64,000 bases of DNA from Paraphysomonas bandaiensis (lineage: Eukaryota > Protista > Chrysophyceae): assembly GCA_965644295.1 (NCBI GenBank), contig CBFFRP010000204.1, forward strand, positions 1-64,000. Direction: 5' to 3'. Under the pieces are notes generated by a model. The model saw nothing but the letters and a program-made list of their open reading frames with translations. It was not told the DNA's origin and searched no databases. The translations under genes and the position numbers were made by a program. The first letter of the stretch is position 1, and every line of letters starts with the position of its first letter. Shown here one piece after another: positions 50,965 through 64,000 of this stretch.

Positions 50965-51372
50965 TGACTATACCAAAGCACTGCAGAACAAGTTGTCAGT
51001 TCTATAATAGGGGCCCCTGTGATGATAGGGCAGTGCATAGCAGTAGAGTGTACAGTGTATACCCTGAAGAAAAGTATTCATCTCCCCTACATATATATAC
51101 AGCATACAGAGCAAAAAATCTGGCTGTACATATTCATGCCAGCACAGAGTTAGGTACAGAGTACAGCAGCAGTACAGAAGTACGGGAGTAGTCCTCCTGG
51201 TACTGTACAGTGACTCCTGCATTTTATTGAAGAAAGTTCAGTTTCTCCTGCTGAGTGTTAAACTGCACGTCGTTGTGTATTAAGTTGCAGCTGTGGTGAT
51301 ATTCATACGTGTACACTACTTCAATTCAATAGACATGAAGGGAGATTGAGGTCGTAAGAGTGTGTTTCAGGA

Positions 51373-53631
51373 ATGTCCGACAAAGACGAGAGTGAAAGTA
51401 ACTCTCCTGATGAGACTCCAGTTCTCTCGACATTAGAAGCACACTCACCGCACATAGTAGAGGCCACTCTTCGCAGTGTCCTTGACCAGGATAAATTTGA
51501 AGATTTCTTTCGACTCAACTGTCGAAGATTTGAAAGGTATCCGCTCCATATGGAACATATGTGGACCTGAGTGTAAGCGAGCTCTACTCTGCAGATTTCG
51601 TCAGCGATTTTGCAACTCGTCTGGTGATAAGGACTTTGACCTTCATATGACAGTAGCCCATAAGTAATACGTTGTAGCGATATTTTAAATACTTTACACT
51701 GATTTTGTGCCAGTGAATTTCTCTTTCTTCTTCAAACATGCGCTAGTCAAAAGCTTAGTGAGATTGGTATGGTCTGAATGTTAGACTGTCATTCACATCT
51801 TATTTTGTATCAGGAGTGAGTGAAGAGGCGTTGGTGTTGGCAACGAAGTATGGTAATGCGAAATCTGATTCGGTTTCTGGGAATCTAGTCCGGTGTATTG
51901 CTGAGTGAGTGCCTAACTATTTCAATTGTCTGTCATCTCATTTAATATATAGGTACTGTGATTTTATGTGCTTTGGCAAATTGATGGAAGACAAGATTAA
52001 GCAGTACTATTGCAGTCATCGGCCTCTACAACCTGTGCACGGTAGGGGTGCGTGTGGTACACTGCGTCATATGACTGAATTCTAGTGACAATATTTTTGC
52101 TTATGGATACATTGTTTGTAAGTGTATTGTTGATAGCAATCCGTCGTCATGTGCGAGTTTTGTGGGATATTGAGAATATTTGTGTCGGCCGAAATGAAAA
52201 CGCCTTCGAATGTATCACAAAGCTACAAAGGTGACATGCGAAGTGATGTGATACGTGCTGTAATTATTGAACCAGGTTTCTAGAAGCGCAGGACATGCAC
52301 GGTCCTGGAATAGATTGTAGGATTACAGCGTTCTTCAGACCCGATAGTAAGTCTGTTGGAAGAAATGTGGTACAAGATATGGACAAATGTGCAGTTGAAT
52401 TAGTTTGGGTTTCAGGAAAGCGAGAAGATGCCGACAGGAAGCTTTCAAATAGAATTGCACAAGAAATACAGGTTAGCGTATATTAGCGATCGAAGGGTTG
52501 TAGCTGTAGATATAAGAATCATACATAGGTGCTGAAACCTGAAGACACTAGCTTTGTTATAATTACTTCAGACCAAGATTTTCGACATCATTTTCTGCAG
52601 CTGCGAAATTGTGGATACTATGTGTTGGTTATACACAATGCTCTACCTGGGAAATGGATGCAAGTTAGGTAACCTATATACGTGTTACAGAAATGTCACT
52701 GTTCTGTAGAGCTTGGAAATGAACGCCTCATTGGGCTACCGATGGTCGGATATTATGGCTAGCTACGGTGTTGACAGAGTCTCAGATGGGTGAGTAAGGT
52801 TTGCGTGGACAGAAATAGTTAGTTTATTAATTAGTAACCGTAGAACACCTAAATCAGTGCCTGACAAAACCAATTCAGCATTACAGTGTAATACTTCCAA
52901 CGTAATCAAATTACCATTGACTATGCAAAATGGTATGTAATTATATATTGTCTACTTGTATACTAAATGGCCATACATATAGGTAATAGTACTACTCAGC
53001 AAGGTCCGATTTTGTTCAATAAAAAACATATTAATGCTTACTTAGATAGTACCATCGTGGATGCAGTGGTTGAGAAAACAAAAGTGCCTTCAGATGAAAA
53101 TATGGAGTGGTATAATGGTATGCCCTGAAACTAAGTTCTGTGTGTGTTATCGAAATGCACTGCAATAAGTTAAATAGTTGTAATTTTATTTCTTTTTATG
53201 GTGTTTACCTCACAGGAGTCTGCTTACGGTGGAAGGGTTCATTCGGCTTCGCTAAAGGTAATGGTTGTATGTTTCAGAAGTGTATGAGTAATATTTCTAT
53301 GAGCAGCCTTGGATTCCACAGGGATACAATTTCAAGATACTCCACGACATGCTTATTCTAGTAGAGATGTCTTCATTCACAAGGGTGTACTTCCTATGTC
53401 GTGCAGGGGTTTTTTAAAGGTTGGACAAGCGATACAAATGAAGGTGCGTCTAAGACCACTGAACTTCAGTTTGTGCCAGTAATTTGGACTATGAATCAGT
53501 GCATATGAATCAGTACTCATATTTTGTATGGTGTTCACGTGGGTAACGATATATTATTGGTACAGATACTCTCTGCAGAAAAGGGGCTTCAAGCATGTGC
53601 TGTTAGATTAAATATCGAATTGAATAAGTAA
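51373..53631 (+). CDS. Multi-exon protein: BART-like N-terminus, NYN (PIN-fold) domain, cold-shock domain
   Basis: VLWDIENI, GKREDADRKL, IITSDQDF (NYN); GVCLRWKGSFGF...DVFIH (CSD). The N-terminal helical assignment is weak. Confidence 0.75.
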
Positions 53632-53763
53632 TACTAGTTAATATCACTCTATATCATAGCTCAGCAATTTGATCTCTTGAGTGGAGTTAACAATTTCAAA
53701 GTATAAGCTTGGATACTCGCATGGGTTGCAGGTGAATGTAGGAATCCGCAATCATATTTTGAC

Positions 53764-54869
53764 CAGGGCTGCGTATCAATTAATTGACGCAGGTTTTAGT
53801 CAATTATAATTGCAATTATTACTTGCTGTTTCAATATCAGCTACTGCAATTAATTTCTTACTAAACTACATTAGCTGCCAATATATAGCTACCTCAACTG
53901 TCTTTTCATTCCAGAGGCGACGGTTCATGCGTAAAAACATCAGTAACATTGAATCTTCACGACTGCCTTTTCGAAAGTAGCGTTATGAATAATAGCGGCG
54001 TTGCTGCCCAGATGGCGCTCGACAATCGGGTGCCTAATGATGTATTCGTCAAACAATATGCGAACGTCGTGGAGGTCGAGCTGGTGTTCACCTCTTCCTT
54101 CTGTAATTGTATGGACACTGTTGAAAGAATTCCAATTCCTCCCGTAATTTAGCGAGCTTGGCATACTCCTTTTCCCTTGATATTAGACTTAGCACGTCGG
54201 AACCAAACTCGCAAATGATTAGATAGATGCAAGTAACGGTCAATCATTGCAAATGAGGAGCCCGATATGCATTGGAAGATTGCTTTGATCCTGCTTTCGA
54301 CCTCTAAGTCCAAGGCTTCCATATACTTCATCAATGTTGATCTCGAAATATTTTAATCATTTGGTGCCCTTTCGTGTCAACGGTTTCTCCACAATAGTAA
54401 AAGGAAGATCATCCATTATCACCCACTGTAACCAGTGATACGCATTCCACGGTTGAGGTGATACTTTACGCTCGACATATTTATTCATCGCACCACCACC
54501 TCGCTGGGCAGCCAAAACTTTCTCTTTCCATCCCTCGTGTTTGATGGCATGCTGCGACAGGTTGCTCCACTCATAACCCTTCTTTCGCTTCAGAACAGCT
54601 TTTCCTAGAACACTCGTGCAATGACTTCTGGTACCAGTAAATCGCTCATATTGCTAATTAAGTAAATGAATTACAATGTAAGATAATCCTATTAAGAACG
54701 CTAACCCTAACCCGTATAGTCTTTCTTCGATTTTTTCAATAAAAAAGCCGTTTTTTAACAACATTTTAGCATGAAAAGGTGTTTTTTTAATATCAATTAA
54801 TTGAAGCAAGCTGGAGTCAATTATAATTGCAATTATAAATGTCACAATTTCTATTATTTGCAAGCCCTG
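53764..54869 (-). mobile_element. Internally deleted hAT transposon
   Basis: Ends CAGGGCT...AGCCCTG; perfect 8-bp TSD ATTTTGAC; transposase relics (WLQWVIMDDLPFTIVEK, FEKAVVKIQ, LMFLRMNRRLW). Confidence 0.92.
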
Positions 54870-56469
54870 ATTTTGACACATTGACCCTTTAATGAAAGTA
54901 ACGGAGCACTCAATTAGACATTCGATATCAGATAGTCACAATCTTAACCTGGCCTGGGAACGATTGGGTGCCCAGTTCCCGGCAATTATAATGGCTCAAA
55001 ATATATATACTAGATAGTGTGGTGTCCCATTATTACTAATAATATTATATAACAGACTACGAATCGGAAATACACATCAATATTCTACTCGCACTTCTGT
55101 GGCACATCAGGATATTTTTGCGAGGCGTCATATGGAGAGTTTTAGCACTCCACAACCAGGGCTATTTATTGAAATTGCAATTGGGCATCCAACTATAATT
55201 GCAATTATAATTGACTCCAGTTAACTTCTATTAATTGATCATAAACTACCACCTTTTTTTAATTAATTAAAAACGGCATATATTTTCAAACGTCCAGTTT
55301 ATCGTATGAAAATCGAAGATGAATAAAAACCTATAATATCCATATTATAGTCTCACATAATTATTCATTTAAATAACTGACGAAATGAATGATAAAACTG
55401 GCACGAGTGTTCTTTGCAATAATAAATTATAACAACTGATAGCAAGTTAAAAAACTTTTTTCACGATGAGGATGACAATGAGAGTCTAGTTCAGAATGAC
55501 GGCGCTGAGCAACGTAAGATTCATGGTAGCAGGCAACGGAAGAGAGCACGGCTTAATCAGCAAGGGTTTCATAGCAGTAGGCGTTATGCGGTGAGATGAG
55601 TGTATTTTGACCATTGTGTTGGTCCATTGGTGTTTCGGCAATTGGTCCATTGGTGTATTGGGTTGGGGATGTGAGTCTGTACTTTTGTGAAATGTCATAG
55701 GTATGTGGTGGGTCATCGTGGAGTGTTAGTTCAGAGCTGATGTCATTTAGTGTGGTTTTGTATAGAGGCGAATGCCAAGTTGTCAATCTTCTGAAGGAGA
55801 TGCGAAGCTCGTTGCAGGAGGGTGTGAGCCTCTGACCTTGGATGTCCGCCGATTGCAGTTGCCCGTTGTAGTGTGTGCCACCTTTGGAGTTGTGTATGAG
55901 AATTTTCGTTGTCCAAGTCCCTTATATGTAGTATTTGTTGTAAAGTAGGGTGGGTAGGACTAGTAGTTTGCAGTCAGGCATCATCATAGAGAATGTTATC
56001 TCTCCCAGGGTGGATAGACTCTCAACACTACCTATGTGAGCTTGCATCTTACACACATTGGATATTGAATACCCAGAGTGGACACATTAGTCACAACTTA
56101 TTTTATTGTATATGATTCAATTCAAAATAGTTCATCAGAGGATATTAGAGAGGAAGCAGTGCAAGGCGATGTTCAACCTCTTCCATATAAGACGATAATA
56201 TTTACAATTAAGGATTAATGAAGTTGGGGTTATGTTGTGGTATGCTGCTGTGTTAACGCGTTTGCTAGTTACGACTAGATCGCTTCAGCAGGTCATTCTC
56301 AACTAGACACTCACTGGTTATTTACCAGTCATTGCCAAGTTTCTATTGCAACCTCTTCGATATTATCATTTTTTTTCTGGTACAATGACTTATCAAACAA
56401 ACTCCAAGAGAAGCTCATCTAATACACCATTCTTTGACTGCTGTTAGTGTTAGTGCAAGCGATCTATAT

Positions 56470-58015
56470 GATTATTGGAGTGTAAGTAATGAACAGGATA
56501 GAGTGAGAATTATGAATAACAATATTGAAAGTCTTATTATTTAGCAATAGGCATTAAAAACTTGTTTCAATATAGAACGTAACTATCATGCACAACGGAA
56601 AAGTTAGAAGTGTAACTGATAATGACGACGTTATGATGACGATCTACATTTTTTCTGGTACAATGACTTATCAAACAAACTCTAAGAGAAGCTCACCTAA
56701 TACACTATTCTTTGACTGCTGACAGTGCAAGCGATCTATATCCAAAACCAGGACTTCGTAACAACTTCGAGAATGTTTCAAAAAGTGCCATGTAGGTGCT
56801 GTATAGAGAGTTCTTTCAGGGTTTGAGTTACACACATTGTGTCCAATATCACACTCACACCAATCAATGCCACAGATGTCTGTAATCGAGATTGCCATGA
56901 AATAGGACAATTAACTATGAAGAATGTAAATGCTGAAGTGGACAGTCTAGTTGGGTGATATTGTGCCCAATCGCTATCGTAGTATCCTGACAATGTATGT
57001 GGGATACAGAATATATCAATCCTTGCTTAGCAGTGCCTTTGAGATACCTAAGAACATGTAACGCAGCATTAGAGGTAGTTAGATTGGCATATCAGAACAC
57101 CTGGCAAGAGTATTGACTGCGTCAGCAATATCCGGTCGAGTGCATACAGCTAGATACATCAGTCAGGGAACCTATGAGCTCCTTGTAGGAAAATAACTTT
57201 GATTTGATGCTGAAAGATGATTGTATTCATGTAAATCATAGTTGAAGGAAAGTAACATAGAGGTGTTGACATATTGAATTTGTCCAACAGTTTGTTGACA
57301 TACTGGTCCTGACTTAGCAGTTTGAATGTCGGTGAGGCATTCCTCATAATTGGTGATGTATTCCGGCTTCTTGATCAAAAACGAAGTTCGTTTCGTCGTT
57401 TGTTGGATATCCGACTCCTCCGAAGTCTCGTCCTTTCTGTTGTAGTGAACTAATTTTCCTACTGGTTGATAGTCCTCGTCATCTGAGTTTTCTCCTGCTA
57501 CAGGCTCAATTAATTGGGTGATCGTTCTGTAGAGTATAAACGAATCTTAGACTTGCAATAGAACCATTCACGGCACTTCTTCTGCCACCTGGAGAAGTTC
57601 TTTGCATCGAATTTCGGCATTGAGTCTTTTCTCTTGTCGGTTGACGAATCCGAGTCGGTTGAGTCGTATTTTGTAACTTTCACTGACATCTCGCTACCAA
57701 ATAAAGAATTGATCTCTTTATAATAGTAAAACAATGTTGTGATTATTGGAGTGTAAGTAATGAACACGATAGAGTGAGAATTATGAATAACAATATAGAA
57801 TATTGAAAGTCTTATTATTTAGCAATAGGCATTAAAATCAATATAGAACATAACTATCATGCACAACGGAATAGTTAGAAGTGTAACTGATAATGACGAC
57901 GTTATGATGACGATCATGTATCTTCGACAGATACTCTCTAATTCAGTTCATGACATATTTCATTGAACATTATAACTCACAGATACAGTCTTGTATTAAG
58001 CTGAATCCTAATAAA
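56470..58015 (-). mobile_element. Highly deleted Copia copy (LTR 57700-58012, PBS, gag scraps, RT/RNase H scraps, partial LTR 56472-56645)
   Basis: Near-identical to parts of 27580-29090; YDSDWA...STS...PISWQSRLQTSVA, TRPDIA. Confidence 0.88.
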
Positions 58016-58029
58016 ATGTGATTATGATA

Positions 58030-58665
58030 AAATAAGAAGCCTTTCGTGCGACTACAACTGTTTACATTCACCATCACACTTACGTACGAATTTCAACACC
58101 TCACAGTTGCTATTCACTCAGTATCCTTCTGTGGTAAGAGTGTATTTGTTGCAGCTATTCTATATATAAATTTGGTGGTTCATTGTTTGAGTTGATCGAT
58201 AGCAGGGCCTGGTAACTATTAATGGTAATGGGCCATTTAAGTACAAATAAGTAATTTAGGGAGCACAACACTATCTATTATATGAGTGGTGCTATCTACA
58301 TTAAGTTAGTAGGTATTAATGGCCATTATAATTGCCGGGACACTTTTCATTAATGCCATTATAATTGCCGGGAACTGGACTACCATTAATGGGCCATTAA
58401 TGGTTACCAGGCCCTGATCTATAGTGCATTGCAATTTTCCCAAAGCATACACAACCAGTAGACATATAATATCATTCATTTTTCTTAATGCTAATCAGGA
58501 AACACGCATTTCTTATTACAGCAAGCAAGCTACTAGTAGCTATACAATCTAATATTAAGTTTTCAACATCATGAGGATAAGCTACAATTTCTTTCGCCCT
58601 CGTTTCAAAAGTTTGTGCCCGGGACGATATAGCCTCCTTATTGCCCGTGGTTAAATATAACTATT
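58030..58665 (+). repeat. Partial copy of the ~850-bp element, interrupted by a hAT MITE
   Basis: Ends GGGACGATATAGCCTCCTTATTGCCCGTGGTTAAATATAACTAT as at 63465-63508. Confidence 0.82.
58203..58416. mobile_element. hAT MITE (214 bp)
   Basis: Perfect 14-bp TIR CAGGGCCTGGTAAC; 8-bp TSD ATCGATAG/ATCTATAG; empty site in the paralogous copy at ~11650-11670. Confidence 0.92.
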
Positions 58666-59039
58666 CACCAAACTTCGATTATTGTGTTCCCTATAGCCTA
58701 TAGCCCTTCTAAAGACCATCCGGAAATGTCAAACATTGCTCCATATTAAACAAATCAGTTAATATTCAAAGCCCAAACGAGAGCATTAAATAAGTTAGCC
58801 ACCTTTAATTAAAACTCAACACTCTTGAAAAATGACCTAAAATGTCAATGGGAGTGCTTGGGGGTATACTTAGTTTACTACAGTTTACATTGACTATCCA
58901 CATATATGTGATGAAAAAAAACATATAAGCGTAGTATTTTGCAACAGTAAGGGAAACATATACTTGTACTACACCATCACCACTGAATGAAATTACGAAA
59001 ATATTCTCGGTTAAATTGTTGGTCCCACTGTACTCTATT

Positions 59040-61159
59040 TCAAGCCGGCTCCCATTTACCTACATACAAAAATCAAGCCACATGAAATCATTACAATATT
59101 CTCACCACTAATGAGGTTATACTTTCCCTTTCCTTCTCCAGATCTATCCAAGCCTTTACTGGATCCACCCCTATGTCTGCCCTCAACACCTGAAACACAC
59201 TAAATAAAAAGCATACTAGTTCGTAAAGTACATATTCATCCGCCGTAAACTTCTATATCTGCAAGAGTAATATATCCTAAACATAAATATAGAGGTGCCT
59301 TACTGCACCTATGCGAAAATCTCTAGACTTAGGGGAGCTTTTATGAAACCAGTCACTAGCCTCCCCTTCATTTTTGCAACCCGGCGGCTTCATTGGTGCT
59401 GCTGGAGTTGTCGAAGGACGAGACGTTGGTTGTTGAGGATGAGATTTCTGTGAAGACGGGGAGAACAGTGCGTGATCTACTGTAGGCTGCTGAAACACTT
59501 TTCTGGAAGGGGTTGAGTCAAAGTACGGATCCTGGTAGTGTAACTCCAACACATTGGACTGTTTCTTACCACTGACAGAACCTTCAGCACTGTGCACTTG
59601 TTTTTCTATGTGCCGAACGCTCGGATTGGATCTTTTAACACCATCAGCATTACTTAACGGCGATATTCCACACCTGACAGAAGGCAGATACATGAATAAG
59701 TACAGCAACTTAGAACCACTAACACATAATACACAAGATGATAATGTCACCTACCTGACAGCATCTTCAGGCTTCATTTTACCATTCTGTTCTAACGCTG
59801 CTTGAATTACGAATAGGATATCTTGGCACTTTTTTATTTTCTCATCCAAATTACTGTAGCTCGATGTTGTGGCACTGGTGTTGGCAGTGTGGGGTCGTGT
59901 GGATTGATGGGCAGACAGCGGAGGCAAGCTATCGTTGTCAGAAGATGCCAAAGTTTTAGTCTGAAGAAATTTTCGAAGGATATTTTTTTCCCTCCTTTCT
60001 AGCACCTGTAATCTCTGAATATCAACAAGAACCCAACCGATTGTGTCGTGCGGCTGCACTACTTGCTCACAGGGAGCCTTTTCATGTTCACTCTGGCGAT
60101 ACTCGTCATGTACAGACCGTCCCACTCTGGGTTCACGCCTGGTAGAGACATCCTGACATTTCTCAATTTGCTCTCGCTGGAGTTCACTGTCGTCTTGGAA
60201 AGACTCACATTTCCTTGCCAGTCGTGGTTCCTCTTTACTATCATGAAGTGGCCCGACTGTTGGTCCCCATAGTGGCTCCCGGAAATCGGATGATAGGTGG
60301 GTGGCTACACGTTCAACAACTTGGTTTATATTTGGTCGCGCGTGGTAATCTTTGGCCAGCATCCATCTAACACACCTGTCCATACTACCCGAATATATAC
60401 TTGGAAGTGGACCTATATGACATCTTCTAATGGCATCAACAAGTCCAGATAGACTGGAGCCACGAAAGGGAGGCTCCAAAGCACACAATTCATACAGTAG
60501 CACACCCAAAGACCATATATCAGTCTTTTCCGTGTACTGTGCACCGTCAACTAACTCTGGACTGATATATAGTGGTGTTCCAGAAAAAGTTTGAAGCAGC
60601 ACTGTGTCCTCACTCATTTGTCTACTAACTCCCAAATCTGCTACTTTTACAGTGCGACCATCTTGACAAAGCAGAATATTCATGGCTTTAATATCGCCTG
60701 CAGCAAAATTCATAATATATTTTATCGAGTCAGTATATACGTACGATGTACAATGCCCATTCGATGCATGTGCTGCACTCCAAGACATATGCTATGAAAT
60801 ATGTACCATACCGCTTCCTCAGGAAGATACTCATTTGTTGATCTTTTTGACTCAATAAATTTTCCAAGGTCACCACACCCACAATAGTCTAATACGATAT
60901 ACACGGAATTATCTCTAACTTCGACGAAATGACCATAACATTTGATACAATTGGGATGGTTCAGCTGGAGAAGGAGAGACACCTCATTCAGGGCAGATTT
61001 GTGTGATCTTTTCTCAGTTAGTTTATGCTGCTTTAGTACGTACCACTGTTTGTCATATTTGAACTGGGCTTTCCACACAGATCCCGCATTACCACGAAAC
61101 AGTTCTTCCGCTAGAACGAAATCGTTTAATGAACATGCTCCGAACTTTTCGAGTCCCAT
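59040..61159 (-). CDS. NIMA-related (NEK) Ser/Thr kinase, multi-exon
   Basis: YVLK, EV.LL.QLNHPN, H|RDIKAMNILL, VADLGVSR, GTPLYISPE, DIWSLG. Confidence 0.92.
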
Positions 61160-62662
61160 ATTCTGAGAATGATCTATATACGCCACAGCGTCAAATATAT
61201 ACAAACAAGTGAATGAAGTGACAAATACTAGCCGCACTCTCTGTCCTGAGGAGGCGCCTTATCTCAGTCTGCTCTCGTCTCGTGTTCTCATCTGGCTGTA
61301 AATTTCAACTCTTCTTCATGCACTCGTGTAGTCGTTATATACACACATCTACTGCTGTATACCGCGTATAAGAAGAATACTCACTATCTACACCCGACAT
61401 ACCGTATACCATATACAGTATACAGGAACATGTAGCAGGAGCTTGTGCTGGATCCACACTATCATGAGCCGAGGTGATGACCCTCACTGCTGCCTGATCT
61501 ATCTATGGTAGAAACTAATAAATAGTAACTAAAGAAGTCAATAGTCCCTGTCATGACTGTTCTTTCCAGTGAGTTTCACCCCTTAGAATAGCGACATATG
61601 GTTTCAGATCCATACCTTAATATATAATATAAGACATACAAGTAGAGACGCCTGAACGATGAGTGTATCGAGTAGAGATACTGACAATTGGTTTGCAGTC
61701 CGGTTGAAACGTAACTAAACAAGCACGAGTGCAATGTCTGTGAATGCAGAAAAGTTCTGTCATTGAGTCATTGGTAGAAGAGAGAAGAGCGAAGAAGAAC
61801 ATACGACAACACCTGATAAATGATGCAGACCTATCCTCAAGTAGACCTGCTCATGGGGAAGTTAAAGCAGATTAGTAATAATAATTCCTGGCTACGTGAC
61901 CAAACCAGTGTGCTACCAAAAAGGGTAACCCTTTTTTAGGTGCACCTCAAGTGGCGTATAAAAACCCTGTTTCTATAATCAAAGACCTACCGGATGCGGT
62001 GACTGATATGGTTTCTACTGCGCAACAAAATTCCGATATCACATACTTAAGTTGATATGTCTAAGTACAGGTTCAGTCATGTGGTCTGTGCTTCCGGTAT
62101 ATGAGAACGTCTGTTCATCACCAAACTTCTATATCAGTGTTGCGCAAAAGTATACATCCTACTACACTTAATATGCTGTTGTTTCTGAAGCTAATCGACA
62201 CTTGTGGCCGGATGCATGCATATTTCAATTAGTTTTGAAGGAATGAATGAATGTGGTGATGATGACTTCGCTGATGATGGCTCAGAGGTTATGTAGAGGA
62301 GAATAATGTTTATCTGAGCTGTAGGTAGTCTTCGCTTGACAGCGTAGTGGGTTTGGTTTATTATGGGATTTTAATGGCTAGTGTTGACAAAGGAATATAC
62401 ACATGTAATTAACTACTGTTTAGTGATACTAATATTGCAATAGTACTGTACTGTACTGTTAGACCGGTTAAAAAAATATTGGAATATTATTGATAGGGCT
62501 CTATCCTCTATCTTAAGATAGTATTGCAATATATCGTTACCTAGCCCGGACATATATTTGTCGGAGACATAATTCAGTAGCGTTATCATATTTTATAGGA
62601 ACCGTGGGACCGTTTTTATAAATGCTTTTCCCATGTGGATGGCACAACTACAACTGACTTAT

Positions 62663-63508
62663 CCCCATTTTGTCTCAAAAAAAGCTTTTTTTTGACTTGA
62701 TTTTGTCTCAACAGGGCGCTCATATCAGCACCGGGCAAATATAGACATTCAACTTCAATATTCGGTTCAACAGAAGCTCACTTCTATCCTAAGTATGATA
62801 ATGACAGTCGTATGTATGTGATTTCATTGTAGTACACAATTATAGAGAAGCCACAATCATGAGCGAAACACCAAGAGCAGATCATCTAACTCCAAGTTAT
62901 ATTCCATCCTTCGACTGCTGTATAAGATCACAACGATGTCAGTGCAAGTGATCTGTCTTCATATCCAGGACTTCGAAACAACTTCAAGAACATGACAGGA
63001 GAGTTTAAGTACCATATCTGATGCTATATAGGTGGTTAGGAGCAGTGGCACCCGTTCTTTCAGGGTTTGAGCCATATCGTGCTTCTCAGGATGTAGTGTG
63101 TCTCATATCATACACACATCATTCGATCAGGAGCACTTGCAGAGGTAAAGCCTGCAGTATATAAATGTGATAAGGCAATAAGAAGCCTCTCTTCACCTTC
63201 AACTGTTCACGTTTATCATCACACTTCAGTATACATATCATTGATTTGAAACTATATGAGTTCTCATTTGTGTTGTTCTTAATGTTAATCAGGGAACATC
63301 TATTTCTTAATACAGCAAGCATGCTACAAATAGCTATACAATCTAATATTAACTTTTCAACGTCATGAGGATAAGCTACAATTTAACCTAGGGATAAGGA
63401 GTATCGTCCCTTGTCTAAATTTTAAAACTCGGGCTTTACGCCCTCGTTTCAGAATTTTGAGCGCGGGACGATATAGCCTCCTTATTGCCCGTGGTTAAAT
63501 ATAACTAT
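62663..63508 (+). repeat. Most complete copy of the ~850-bp non-coding dispersed element
   Basis: Contains in linear order the segments found scrambled at 10895-12490 and partially at 58030-58665. Confidence 0.85.
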
Positions 63509-64000
63509 ATAGACCTAATTAAATGCGATGATTATGTATGTGGATTAGCAGTATAGGTACATAATTTACTTCAGTGTAAAATACAAAGTTTGTTGAACAG
63601 TTGTAGTTGACGTATGCGAATAACATTGTAAGCCGCTATAGGTACTGATATTCAAGTTATTATTAATTGTTACTACAATTAGTTCGCCAGTACAACCAAA
63701 ACCCAGTAGTCGTTCAAGTAGAAAATGCTTCCTAATCCTTAAGAATTTGGTCTGTCAAAGGGTCTTGCCATACAGCAAGTTTACAGTCTACAGCAATGCT
63801 TACCAGTTTTCTTATAAATTGCTAATTTATTCTGAACAATGTTTTCTAGTTCGGCCATTTCGCAATCACGTCCATAACGACCCAATGCATTCCGAAAGAC
63901 GATTAATTATATCATTATAAAATCGATAAAAAATGCTTAACTCTTTAACCAGTATTCAGCTACTCTTTTGACATGCTGATAATACAGCAAAGAGCTTATG

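Noticed and set aside
55486-56040. GC-richer patch resembling a decayed retroelement fragment
   Set aside because: No diagnostic motif recognised; too degraded to call.

Overview
Eukaryotic nuclear DNA, probably from a stramenopile (chrysophyte/oomycete-like). This is inferred from the ~46-60 nt spliceosomal introns, the gene set and the TE families; the taxon cannot be fixed from sequence alone. About 14 host genes (glyoxalase II, KIX-like, WD40, GT61-JmjC fusion, SAM methyltransferase, WDCP-like, truncated PPDK-like, FHA-RING-CH, ELP6, HYOU1, cupredoxin-mucin, PAP2, NYN-CSD, NEK kinase) are interleaved with many transposon relics. The main finding is at <1-7.7 kb on the minus strand. A non-LTR retrotransposon there reads as one >2,550-aa polyprotein once three single-base -1 shifts at homopolymers are repaired. 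Its domain order is OTU-like cysteine protease, SET lysine methyltransferase, AP endonuclease, reverse transcriptase, RNase H, and it runs off the window. This is a LINE carrying two putative chromatin-modifying enzymes in cis with its RT. A second notable item is a 3.7-kb element with 212-bp TIRs, flanking TTA and no recognisable transposase, carrying two divergent genes (one Tudor-like). It sits inside an 11-kb nest of Copia/Gypsy relics that includes a Gypsy RT with an IFDN active-site motif.
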